A stretch of DNA of 64,000 nucleotides from Camelus dromedarius. Its lineage: Eukaryota. This document shows positions 12,519-23,795 of the stretch, piece by piece (the first letter of the stretch is position 1; every line of letters starts with the position of its first letter). The notes beneath the pieces were generated by a model. The model did not search any database. It was not told the origin of the DNA and was given only the letters and a program-made list of their open reading frames with translations. A program made the position numbers and the translations under genes. The DNA lies in NCBI RefSeq assembly GCF_036321535.1, contig NC_087436.1:44518001-44582000 (forward strand). The letters run 5' to 3'.

Positions 12519-12930
12519 ATTAGTGACTTTCTGTTATTGTCCTGCCCAATGTTGGAACATGAGTGCATGAATGAGGTAGTCTTGGTGTCAAAAAGGGAGA
12601 CTATAAATGCATACAATATCATGAGTTTCCACCTAAGACTGATCCAGCTACTTCCACTGTCAAATGTCTAACCTGTCAACAACAGAGATTAACAGTGTGA
12701 CCCTGAAATGGCACTGTCCTCCCAAGAAAGCCAACTAGACACTTGTGGCAAGTTGACATGGGACCCTTTCGATTTTGGAAGGGGTAGCAATTCATCTTGA
12801 CTGAAACTGACACATATTTGTTACGTGATTGTTTGTCATGACCATAAGATGTTGGCCAGCAACATTAGTGGAGGTTTTACAGAGTGATCTACTAACTTGA
12901 GACTTCACACATTACCACCTAAGACTGTAA
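12519..12930 (+). mobile_element. ERVL internal pol fossil, integrase N-terminus (right part)
   Basis: ATSTVKCLTCQQQR (CxxC of the integrase zinc finger, ~12648) and WQVDMGPFRFWKG*QFILTETDTY (from 12746), compared with ERVL WQVDYIGPLPSWKGQRFVLTGIDTY. Confidence 0.8.
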
Positions 12931-13069
12931 AGGACCAACTATAATATGGTGTGGTAAGTACAAGACTGAAATACACGTGAAGGGCCCTATTATCCTCTTC
13001 TGACTGTCTATTAAATGTTAAAATTATCTAGAGTTTGCTCTTCTGTTTTGTTCCTCATCCTCGCATTCT

Positions 13070-13340
13070 GCTTAGATATTCTTGTCCCTGACTGTGGTTT
13101 CAGCTTCCTCCCTTTAATACTCTTATGACTTCCAAATGCGTATGTCTAATTCTGACTTCATCTCTGAAAGCTAGAATCATATTCACAACTGCCACCTGGA
13201 TGTATTTACCAGCAGGCTGCTTACATAATTGACATATTCAAACATATTTTCCCTTTAATTCAGTCCTGTCTGTATCCCCCTGGGTGAATAGCAGAGCCAT
13301 CTCCAGCTGTCCAGGCCAGATACTTAAAGATTCCAGTTCT
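13070..13340 (+). mobile_element. L2 fragment
   Basis: tgacttccaaatgcgtatgtctaattctgacttcatctctgaa...atattcacaactgccacctggatgt resembles L2 ORF2 3' region. Confidence 0.55.
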
Positions 13341-13839
13341 CTAATAGTCCATTGCATTTGTTTGCATTTTTTTTTCCTTTAGGAAGTTTAACAAACATAA
13401 AGAGGCCCCCGACCCCTGCCAACCATGTTTCAGTTTATCTCAGATACTTTTATGCCTTCACGTTAATATAAATACACACGCAGATAATTTACTCGGTAGC
13501 ATTATTTGTATATATTTCTAATAACTGGAATATTTTCCTCCCCTCTGATTATGCAAAAACAGGTAAGAATTGCTTACTTTTCTTATGTATTTTCTATAAA
13601 ACTATTGCCACAATTTATCATTCTACCATGGGTGAAAATATTCATATTTATATTCCATTTTCCAGTTATCTTACTAAAATATCGAGAGACCACTCCTAGA
13701 CACAGTCTCAGCTCTGTGTAATTTTCCTGTGTTATCCCTTTTTTCTGTGCTGTCCCTTTTTATTCTCTTACATTAACAACTAACCACTGATGATCATTGT
13801 ATGAAAATAATATTCCAGAAAATTTCATTAACAGGTTTT

Positions 13840-13925
13840 TTTGTTTTTTTTTTAACATTTTGTTTTATTGAGGTATAGTCCGTTTACAAAGTTGTGTCAA
13901 TTTCTGGGGTACAGCACAGTTCTTA
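13840..13925 (-). mobile_element. Extremely 5'-truncated young L1 3' end (86 bp)
   Basis: Poly(T) followed by aacattttgttttattgaggtatagtc...gttgtgtcaatttctggggtacagca; TSD tcattaacaggtttt 13825-13839 / tcattcacaggtttt 13926-13940. Confidence 0.8.
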
Positions 13926-14789
13926 TCATTCACAGGTTTTAAGGTAAATCACAAGTGACAGGATAAAGTCAGAAATATTTCTAATGCCCAGTTGAATGGT
14001 ATTACAAATAATGTTTCTCTATACTTTTATACCCAGTAGTCCTACATAGATATAAATTAAATTGAGCTAACATAATTTGTTCTATATACTGTCACTCTAT
14101 CATCCATATTTATCATCTTTTATGCATGACTTTTTATTTTGGTTAGTTTGTTTCCATCTTTCCAGATCTCAAAATCAAGCTGACTGACACATTTATCTTT
14201 TGTTGTCTTGCTCGTTAAGGAATGGAAAGCGATATAAAAATGCTTTGTATCTGGTGGACTGACTCTCACCTCCTAATAAAATGTCAGTAATACTTAAATA
14301 TTACTTTAATAATTTGTACTTCCTTGAGAAGAGCACAACCGATAATTATGGCAATCCCTATGGATCATACAACCCTTGTAGACTTTATTGAGTGAGACCA
14401 TGTTCGCTGCCTATCTACTTCTGTGGTCCATAGTTACTTTTGAACTGTTTACTAATGCCTTTCCCATCATTACAACATTTGGCCAACATTCTTCATACCA
14501 TGTCATGAAATGTGGTTTCTGGTTCTTAATCATTCTCTGCATCATTTACATCTCCACAAAAGAACATTAAGTAATTGCAAGGTGCATTTTCATCACATTG
14601 AATCATTTTAATTACTTGTGAATTAGTCTTTAATGGCTGATAAAATTAGATAATTCTTATACTGATTTATGTTGAAATGCTTAACTCCTGTTGAAATATG
14701 ATTCTATTCTTAGTTAAATGAAGTGACAAAGTCAATTAATTATATTATTAAATTCTGACCTTGTGTTTTAGAGTTAAATCATTTTATAT

Positions 14790-14945
14790 TTATTCATTTA
14801 TTTGTTCAACAAATATATATTCATTCCTGACTGTATACTACAACTTTGTACTAGGCACTGGTAAACAAGGAGAACAGGGTCCCTCTGCTTGTAGAGCTTA
14901 CCAGCTAGGGCTACAAGGCTCATAGACAAATAAGTGAACGAGAAT
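14790..14945 (-). mobile_element. L2 3' terminus
   Basis: attcatttatttgttcaacaaatat...tactaggcactgg...gtccctctgcttgtagagctta. Confidence 0.6.
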
Positions 14946-15799
14946 GAAATCTGCTATATAATTGATAGGATGATATGATGACTACTATTCATACCTTTCT
15001 GTAGTCTGAAATCAATATTAAATAAATTGTTTGCTAAATTCCAGTGGAATAATATTTCAGGTTTTAACTTAGTTCTCTACTGATAGATAACTTTAGATAA
15101 TCTCAAAAAATGTGATCTCTTAGATTCTTTTTTTTTTTTTTTCTGTATCATATCTATTTCTCCTACTAGTGGAAATGCCTCAGGATCATCTTTTATTTTA
15201 TATTTTGTGGCTTGGTATATATTTTTAAAATGGGCTTCTACATAAGGTTACCACATTGTGTAATCATTACTAAATCATTTATTCAAGACCAATTCAAAAG
15301 ATGACTCCTTTAGAACTCCCTCTTTGTCATTCAGAGAACCTTCTTAATTCTACAAGCTCAGCTCTGTGTAAATGTCATTTGTATAATACTGATATATTGT
15401 GACCTATGTATGCATTTGCCATAATTGTTTTTTTTTTTAATCTTCAAAGGCAAAAGTTGAATTTCTTGTCTAGCCTTTGGAAATTCCTTAAATTTGGATC
15501 AAGTGCTGAAATGTATGATTGCAGTACAGTAATTGCCTGATGATGAAAAATTCCCACAAGGTCTAGAATTGCTCTCAGATCAATTTGTCAGTTAATGACA
15601 TCACTGACATTTGTTTATGATGTTCTATATTATAGATTTGGGACCTGTGAGTTTTTCCATTTTTTAACTTCCTCTACTCCTTTGTAAATTTCGTGAACGC
15701 AGAGATAGTGCCTCATTCAGATTTATAACATCTAACGTAATGCTCTCCACATAGAAGGCACTCAGTAATTATCTGTCAAATTAATTAATAAAATATTGT

Positions 15800-16172
15800 T
15801 GTATTAGTCGGCTTGGGCTGTCATAACAAAATACCATAGACTGGGCGGCTTAAACAACAGAAATTTATTTTCTCACAGTTCTGATGCTGGACGTCTGAGA
15901 TCAGGGTGCCGGCACGGTTGGTTTCTGGTGAGGGCTCTCTTCCTAGCTTGTAGATGGCTGTCTTTTCCCTGTATCCTCACATGGCAGAGAAAGGAAGCTC
16001 TGATGTTTCTTCCTTTTCTTATGAGGGCATCAGCCCTGTTGGTTAGGACTCTACCCTTATGACCTTATTTAACTTTTTACTTCCTCACAGGACCCATCTC
16101 TACGTAGTCTCTTTGGGGATTAGGGCTTCAATATATGAGTTTGGGGGGAACACAAGCATTTAGTCCATAATA
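15800..16172 (-). mobile_element. MaLR solo LTR, MLT1A-like
   Basis: tgtattagtc...ggctgtcataacaaaataccatagactgggcggcttaaacaacagaaatttatt...ggcttcaatatatgagtttgggggg...tttagtccataa, full length ~370 bp, with degenerate 5-bp TSD attgt/atcat. Confidence 0.9.
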
Positions 16173-16604
16173 ATCATTGATCTAATCTTTAAAAACATAC
16201 AGTGCATATTTGAACTTGCTATCATGTACACCCTAAATCAGTTACGGGAGTGCCAATCTTATTTCTTTATTGAGTTAATGGGCACTTGGAAAAAAACCAT
16301 AGTGTTCCAAATATGCATGTATTAAAAAAGACTTATTTTTTTCTCTAGTTAGTAGTATTTTTCAGAATTTATCCTGTGTCCTTTTTTGGGCATCTCTAAG
16401 TAATCCCAAATTTGAGAAAGGAGCACTCTTAATTCCTCCTTTCTCTAACCCCCATATCTAACTATTTTGGTAAATTTTCTTCCTACATGCTCATGAATCT
16501 CTTATTCCTGAGTATATCTATGGGCATTGCCTCAGTTCCAGGACTTCATTTTTATTTGATCTAGAGACTGATGTAAATGACTCTAAGCTGGTCACCTTGG
16601 CTTG

Positions 16605-16730
16605 AGAGAGGTAATGAGCTGTGTGGGAGAATGCTGACCCTGCAGTTGGCTGGCTGGCTTGAATACTCAGTTCTGCCTCTTAGTGGCTGTGACACCTTTT
16701 CAAATAAGGAAGATAATTCTTTCCTCAGGT
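16605..16730 (+). mobile_element. MIR fragment
   Basis: ctggcttgaatactcagttctgcctcttagtggctgtgac. Confidence 0.5.
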
Positions 16731-17859
16731 AATTTATCATAATTATATTAAGTATGATTTAATAATTATTCAATGAAATAATGATATTATATAGTAAGCT
16801 CTTAATTTTCATTCTTCCCTTCCTTTTTCTAGTTTCTGTCTTCCCCGATATTTTCCCCAAAGGAGAAATCCCTTTAAAGCTTGTATTTGTACATGTTGTT
16901 CTTCTGCCAGAATTCTATTACTGACTTCCCCAAAACCTACAGGATAAATCCCAAGCACCTTAGTGTGTTATTCAAGGCCCTTAAAGATCTGAATTCAGCC
17001 TACCTCCTTCAGGTCAGACACTTCAGCTAACCCCTTGTATCATCTGCAGCCCTTAAGGTCCACTAAGCCATATTTCATGAAGCTTTATACATATATATAT
17101 ATATATATTTGTTATCTGAATTAATTATTTGTTATTATATTGTCATTGGTGTACATCTTTTTCTCCTTTATTGACTCAGACCCTTGCCATCTCCCCCAGT
17201 GTTGGTGCAAATAGACATACTTCACTAACTCTCCAGGTTCTTTCATTTATTCTTTCAGTAAATGAATAGTACAGTAATTCTGCATTTTTTTTTTAATATT
17301 TGCATTTCTGTGTACTAGGAAGTAGTTTTGAAACTTTCTCTATGCTTTTAAGTGTTTGTTTTTTTTTTTTTTTAGATTTTTTTTGGTGTACTTTGAATAG
17401 GGTTTGCAAATTTTATAACTGCTTTTAGAAACCTCATCTTTTTTAACTTAAAAATTCTTGCTAGTATTATTCTCTTACTATGTATAATTATGTCTGTACT
17501 TTGTTTTAAGAATTCATTCATATGTAAAACTGTCTTATGCTACTAAGGACTTTTCAGAATATTAGAACTAGATCATGTAACTTTGACATTCAGAATTGAA
17601 GCTACAATTAAAAATATATACAATTGCACAAAAGATGCAGGGGCAAGGTTAGAATCAGGCTCTGAAAAAAATGAAACAAAAATGCTAAAAATTCTTAGTT
17701 TATAAAGACTGGAATAGTAGAGGAAAAGGTTTTAAAAATAATGTGTTAAATCACTAATAATAAAACTCATGGATCAAAAGTATGAAAGGCACAGAAAAAA
17801 CAACTGCTAGGCTATTCCACAGTATAAAAACATTACAAATAAATAACAAATAAATGTAT

Positions 17860-18235
17860 TGTTGTGGGATACAACATGGTGGTTGGTGACACAGGAAGTA
17901 GAACAATTTACCAAAAGCAAAGGATGAGAATAGAAAAAGGAGTTTATTAGGTTGTACGGCCATAGACGGCAGCGGGCCACATAGACAAGAGGTACCTGTG
18001 TGAGCCCTGAGGGCCGATTGTTGGGTCTTTTATAAGGTCAGGTCACAAGGTGCCTGATTGGCTCATGTACAAGTCTCTGATTGGTTGTAGGTGAGGTAAG
18101 AAGTTTAGGGTCCGTGAAAGGCGATGGGATTTATGACTCTAATAAGGTGGGCTGAAACAAACCAGAATTGCAGGCAGATGTCTGAGAGCCCAGGAATGAG
18201 GGTCATTGGACTTTGAGGCATGCCAGTTGGCCCCA
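17860..18235 (-). mobile_element. Endogenous retrovirus solo LTR (family unassigned)
   Basis: TG...CA termini with aatgtat on both flanks (17853-17859, 18236-18242); on the minus strand two CCAAT boxes (~18081-18085, ~18057-18061), TATAAAA (~18028-18034) and AATAAA (~17943-17948) in canonical U3-R order. Confidence 0.75.
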
Positions 18236-18574
18236 AATGTATGTTAGAATATTTGGCTGTGAAGATCATTTAATTTCACTCAGTTTGTCATGTCAGACAA
18301 TTTATTTTCAACCAATTTGTTTGTAACGAATTTGTATGAACCAAATGATTATGTGTATTGAGAATGTGATTAGACTAATGCTAGTGTCAGATATTAAATG
18401 TTATGATAATTTAAAAGTCTTATTCCCAACCTGGAGGAAATGAAGATTTCCCAGGGCCTGTAAAAACCAAAGTATCTTATCTTTAACCAAATCAGAATTT
18501 TTTAGGAGATGATTTAACTTCAGTTAACTTCAATTCCATAACTCACACAACATAGCACCAAAATTTCCAAGTGT

Positions 18575-18720
18575 TATCACATATAGTCTTATTTAATCCT
18601 CATAATTGTTTGAGATATGTAGGGTTTTTATTAATTTATTTATTTTATAGATGAAAATATTGAGACACAGAGATTGTTGAGTGATAGAGTCATCTCAAAT
18701 CCCAGTCTCTGGTGCTTCTT
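18575..18720 (-). mobile_element. MIR
   Basis: tcttatttaatcctcataa...attttatagatgaaaatattgagacacagaga. Confidence 0.7.
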
Positions 18721-19974
18721 TTATTCAACCATGTATAATCATATCAGTATTTTACCTGTCTTAAGAATTATCTCATATGTGAAAATGCTTTATGTTAAGG
18801 ACTTTCCAATATATTATAACTAGATATTCTTGGATATCTTCCAAGACTTGCCTGTTCCATATTTGATTCCCCTATAATTGCTATGAATATTTTCATAAAA
18901 AGAATTGCCATGCTATTTTCTCAAATAATATTATTATCAAAAACAAATTTAAATACTCACTGGATTTCTATTGTAAGTGACAAAGATCCATGCCCAGTGT
19001 TTCAATAAAAGGAAAAGTTATAAAATGATAAAAACTAGAGCATTTTATATACAGTATTGTCTACCTATTATTTAGAATTGCTTACAAAAAGCAATGGGTT
19101 ACATTGTACATCTGGGGTTTTATGCATTGCACTTACTACACAAGCAAACTTCAAAAAATTAAAAAATAAGAAATCACATCTATAGGTCACCAGGTTAGTA
19201 AAATGAATGCTGTTCAATTTAAGAATTTGTTAATAGGTAGTCCAGAGTGTTAGCAGATTGTGTTAATTTATTTATCATCTTTAATGTGTAATATTTCCAA
19301 ATATTAAATAATGTTTTAATGTACCTTTAATTATATTTTTGTTTTTATTGCTTCTAGAATTTTATGAAAGCACTACCTACATTTTTTTGTGACTCATCCT
19401 TCACCTGTTCTAAAATTTAAAAAAAAAAAAAAGGGAGGGAGAAAAAGAAAAAGCAAGGTAAAAGTTAGACTCAGGGTATTTAGACATTGGACAGTGTTTA
19501 AAAGCCCACACATGTAGCAACTTGTTGTAGGTTCAAAGAATAGGCAAGTAAATGACCAGCAGTTTGGGACCTTTTGTGACGGAACAATGCATGGATGAGC
19601 TGAGGGAATTAGTCTCTGAAAGCAAGCTGGCCCCATTACTAGTAATTATAGTTAATCAGCAACAATTGTCTTGACCAAGATACGGATCAACCCTGAGCAC
19701 TAACTAAACAGGACTAATGAGGGTAATGGAGGATGAAGAAAGCTTGATTGAATTTAGCCGGGCATTGAATACCTTTAGCAGAGGAGGCATTTTCAATCTC
19801 AGTTCACTCTCCTCCTGTTGTTTAGTCCAGAAGGCACTACCTGTCTTCAGATCTGGAGACCACGGTTGTGATTCTCAGCATAGACATTGAAAAGCAGTTA
19901 ATGTTTAATGCAATGAGCGATATTTATTTACTAGCCCCACGCTGCGTTAGTATGGTGGCATTGTCCTTTAATCC

Positions 19975-20130
19975 TCACTACTCAGAATGTGGTTTGGAGA
20001 CCAACCGAATTGGCATCCCCTGGAAATTACATAGACTCTCAGGCCCCATCGCAGACCTACTGAACCAGAATCTGCATGGTGACGAGCTCCCCAGGTGACT
20101 CCGTGCACTGTAAAGTTTGAGAAATGCTGG
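19975..20130. mobile_element. MER5A-like hAT-Charlie MITE
   Basis: ggcatcccctggaaatt...caggccccatcgcagacctactgaaccagaatctgcat...ccccaggtgactcc...aaagtttgagaaatgctg. Confidence 0.8.
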
Positions 20131-20879
20131 TACTCAAACCAAGGGATGCCTTGGACCTAACTGCTATGTTGTCTCACGTTGGGTGTCCAGTTTCTTAGAG
20201 AAAGACAAATGGTAGTAATTTGCACTCCAATCTATAATAAAAGTAATGTATTTGAGAAGAAAAAGTCATTTTTCCCAGCTTTTCTTTAATTCAGGACAGC
20301 GTTAATGCTCACAGAGGGAGAGGTGAAAGGTCTCCTCTGGAAAGAAAGAGCCTATGTAAACAGTGCATACAACACAATGCTTTCCAATCAATTAAAAACA
20401 TTTTTATTTGTGTTGCAATACTCTCTTCCAAGAAGCCAGTGCCCTTCACACAGATAATAATTCAGTTTTACAGCTCCACTAGGTAACCTGTATCAACATT
20501 CCACTGTCATTCAGTGTGAATAGAACATCTGAATCCTGAGAAACTTAGGTGATTTGGGCAACTCATTTAGTGGAAGTTTTGAGAACAAGAAATAAAAATA
20601 CTTTATTTTCCCCCATTCCATTCAGTGTGCTATATTTGGGGAACGTCAAAGTCTATTCTAATATACTAGACGTTCATTTTCAGTGGATGAATTTAATACC
20701 AGATTGTTGAATTGCATACATTTTAGCTTTGGCCTTGTGGATCTCAGATATTGAAGTTATATATTCAGATTAGTATTGATGAGTGTTCTTTAATGAGTAC
20801 AAGATATTTATGTATTTATTCAGTTAACTGAAAAAACAGAAGGAAGGAAAAGAGTGAGCTCACACACATTACGACTTGG

Positions 20880-21075
20880 CTCTAATCTAGTTACTTTACA
20901 ATTGTTGTCTCATTTATTTCTGGCAGCAGCACTACGAAAAACATTACTCGTTTTTCCCACATGGAAACTGAGGCTAAGAAAGGCTAAGTAAGTAATTTAC
21001 CTAATGCAGTAAGTGGCAGAGTCTGAATGCAAATTATGTCTGCTTGGCAGGAAAACCATCCTTCTGTTTACCACA
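20880..21075 (-). mobile_element. MIR
   Basis: atggaaactgaggctaagaaaggctaagtaa...agtggcagagtctgaatgcaaa. Confidence 0.7.
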
Positions 21076-21725
21076 CCAAATTTACTTACTCATCTTGGTT
21101 GATGAGGATTTCTATGCATATTGCATACCTCTGGAATGTAATTATTTGCTACCCAAACAGAACATAAAGAGTACTATAAGACTTTATTACAAACAAAACA
21201 ATCCCTTGCCCCATACCTTTTGTGCTTTTCTTTCCTTCTGCCATAGCCAAATATTTCAAATTCTCAAATCTGCTTCTTCTTGCTTTTATATCCAAATGTC
21301 TATATAATGTTATTATCCACCACTTATTAAACCAATTTTGGACATGACCTGTATTGACTTCATATATTTTGATAGTTGAAGATTTAGTCTTTTTTGTATT
21401 TTCCATCTTTTTCTAACTTTTTTTTTCTGAGGTTAATAATCACTTTGTTTAATTTGTTAAGTTTTCATAGCTCTCCATGCTCTTGGAAAGCGTGATCATT
21501 TTCTCTGAAGTTCTGGTGCAGAGTTTATAATCCCAGGGCCTCTCTTCCCTCTTTCTAGTGCTGGGTTCCTTGCTTTCTGGATCTGATGTTTCTCTCTTTC
21601 TGGGTTGACCCATCATGTTGCTAAAATTAACCCTATGGTAGTTTCCCAAGAAATGATTTTTGGGAGGTTCATATTCTGAATCTGTGTCTCTCTGAAACGT
21701 CAACATTCGGTTGACAGTCCAGCTT

Positions 21726-22060
21726 GCGTTCTAGTTATTTATTGCTGTATAACACATCCTCCTGAAATCTACTGGCATGACATAACAACCATTTTATTGT
21801 GTTCACAGATTTTATGGGTCAGGAATTTGGGCAGGGCACAGAAAAGATGGTGTATCTCAGCTCCACAATGTCTAGGGCTTGAGCTGGGCAGACTTCCATG
21901 GCTGGGACAGTCAGATGGCCATGCTGGAGTCATTTGGAGGTGCTTCATTCACAGAGCTGGCACTGGTTGGGTTCAGCTGAGATTACAGACTGGTGGGTCT
22001 ACATGTGACCTGACCTCTTCATGCAGCTTGACTTTCTCGTAGCACTGGCTGACTCAAGGT
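21726..22060 (-). mobile_element. MaLR LTR fragment (MLT1H/F-like)
   Basis: agttatttattgctgtataaca...caaccattttattgtgttcacagattttatgggtcaggaatttgggcagggcacag. Confidence 0.75.
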
Positions 22061-22079
22061 TTTAAAAATCATGTTTTAA

Positions 22080-23390
22080 AACCACTAGAGCCAATATAAA
22101 ATTTTAAGTTAAAAAATTGTTTTTCCCCTCTTTGGAATTTGAACCCATTCATTGGGGGATATCTAATCTACAAACTAATGATCTTCAATTTTATCTTTTT
22201 TTTTGCATTTTATGGTAATTTTTGCATTTGAATTTTTTTACTTTGCTTAATTTCTGAAATTTCTGTTGCTTAGTATTATGGCTTTTTGACTTGATCAGTT
22301 CTTGTCTCTTTCCTCTCCAGTCCTTCATCTTTTTATTTTGTTCAGCTTCCCATATTTTCTCAACTTTATCTTGTAATTTTAAAAATTCAGTTTTTAATAT
22401 GCAGGCATTCACTTTTGTTCTCTGATTAACTTTATTTCTAGCATTCTATTTCTGGATCAGAGAGTTTCTATCTTTTTTTACTTATCGGACAATATTAACT
22501 ATGATGATGATGATTAATTTTTGTTTCTTACCTGCATTATCTTTGTTTCATGTAAATTGTTTTCTTTTTCGTTTGTTTTAGTTTTTGTGTGTTTGACCCT
22601 GAATAATTTCCTCAAAGTCCTGGTAATCTTTTACCTTTGAGAGGGCAACTTAAAAGATGGTGGAAATAATTTGTGCATGATTGGTGGTAAGAGTGACAGT
22701 TGAGCACTTAAGCTAGAGGCATTCCAGAAGAAAATTCTAGAATTTTCACAGAAAGATGCCAAATGTTAGTATCTTTAGGTTTTTTTCTGATTTGGCTTCT
22801 CTACTGAGGAATCCACCACTCTCTTGTATTAGAAGTTTATGCCTAGACAGTGTTCTGGGAGCAGCAGGGAGTAAGGGATCTGGGAAGCCTCACCACTCAT
22901 ATGCAGATTTTATTTAATCCCATTGTTTTTATTCTGGCACCTGACTCCTCCCCTCCGCTGTCCCTTGTGTGTCTCTAGTTCAATTATGCCAGCAAATAAA
23001 GTCATGGTATTTTTCAAGATTTGAAAGCATTAATAACAGTGGGGACAGAGATCTAACTTCTCCTAATTAAGACTTTCAACCAACCTCCTCTTCTGCACTC
23101 CTACCTAACCCTGGCCTTTTATGTTATTTAGTTCCTCCAAGAGCTAAGCCTTTTGTGAGTTCAGGGTAGACTGACTCAACTTTTTATTATTATTTCCATC
23201 TATTTAAGTTGCAGCTTTGTCTGCTCTGTTTATGTAAGTTACCTCTCCTACGTCCACTTTTCCACTTCAGAATAACAATTTGAGTATTTATCTGCCTATA
23301 GTCCCCTCTCTTATTTTCTTTGTCCTTTTGGTTGTCTTATCTTTCTCATTTACTGTTATTTCAGTATATATTTTTGGAAGCAGTAAAAGA
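22080..23390 (-). mobile_element. Old HAL1/L1M 5'-ORF1 relic, probably continuing left of the MLT at ~21430-21720
   Basis: Minus-strand ORF 22191-22412 KLQDKVEKIWEAEQNKKMKDWRGKRQEL resembles the L1/HAL1 ORF1 coiled-coil; T-rich plus strand. Confidence 0.5.
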
Positions 23391-23409
23391 TAAACACAAT
23401 TTACTCTTT

Positions 23410-23795
23410 GAGTAGTCTAAGTATTATAATAAACAAACTCCAAATCTCCTAGGCTTAACACAATAAAGGTTCATTTCCACCCACATCCCAGCCTAATGGG
23501 GGCAGGGTTTTCAAGGGTTTACTTCCCACCATGTGGTGACTTGAAAATCCAGCCACTTTCAATTTGATGTACCACCATCCCCTCCCTAGGGCCTTGGCAG
23601 CCTCCTAAGTCTTCTTCATATAAGGGAAAGAGAGCCCATATAGGATGGCGAGGAGTAACTTCAGACCGAGGAATTATATATCACATTTGCTCACGTGGCT
23701 ATGCCTAAATTTAAGGGAGGCCCAGAAATATAGTCTGGGCGTATCCCTGTGAAGAAAAGGAAATAAGTTTGTTGAGCATCCAGCTTATCTCTGCT
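23410..23795 (-). mobile_element. MaLR LTR (MLT1K-like)
   Basis: aaacaaactccaaatctcctaggcttaacacaataaaggttcattt...cacgtggctatgcctaaatttaagggaggcccagaaatatagtct. Confidence 0.65.

Noticed and set aside
22277..22290. tatggcttttt matching the miR-135 5' end
   Set aside because: Match ends after 11 nt, no hairpin, and it lies inside a LINE relic
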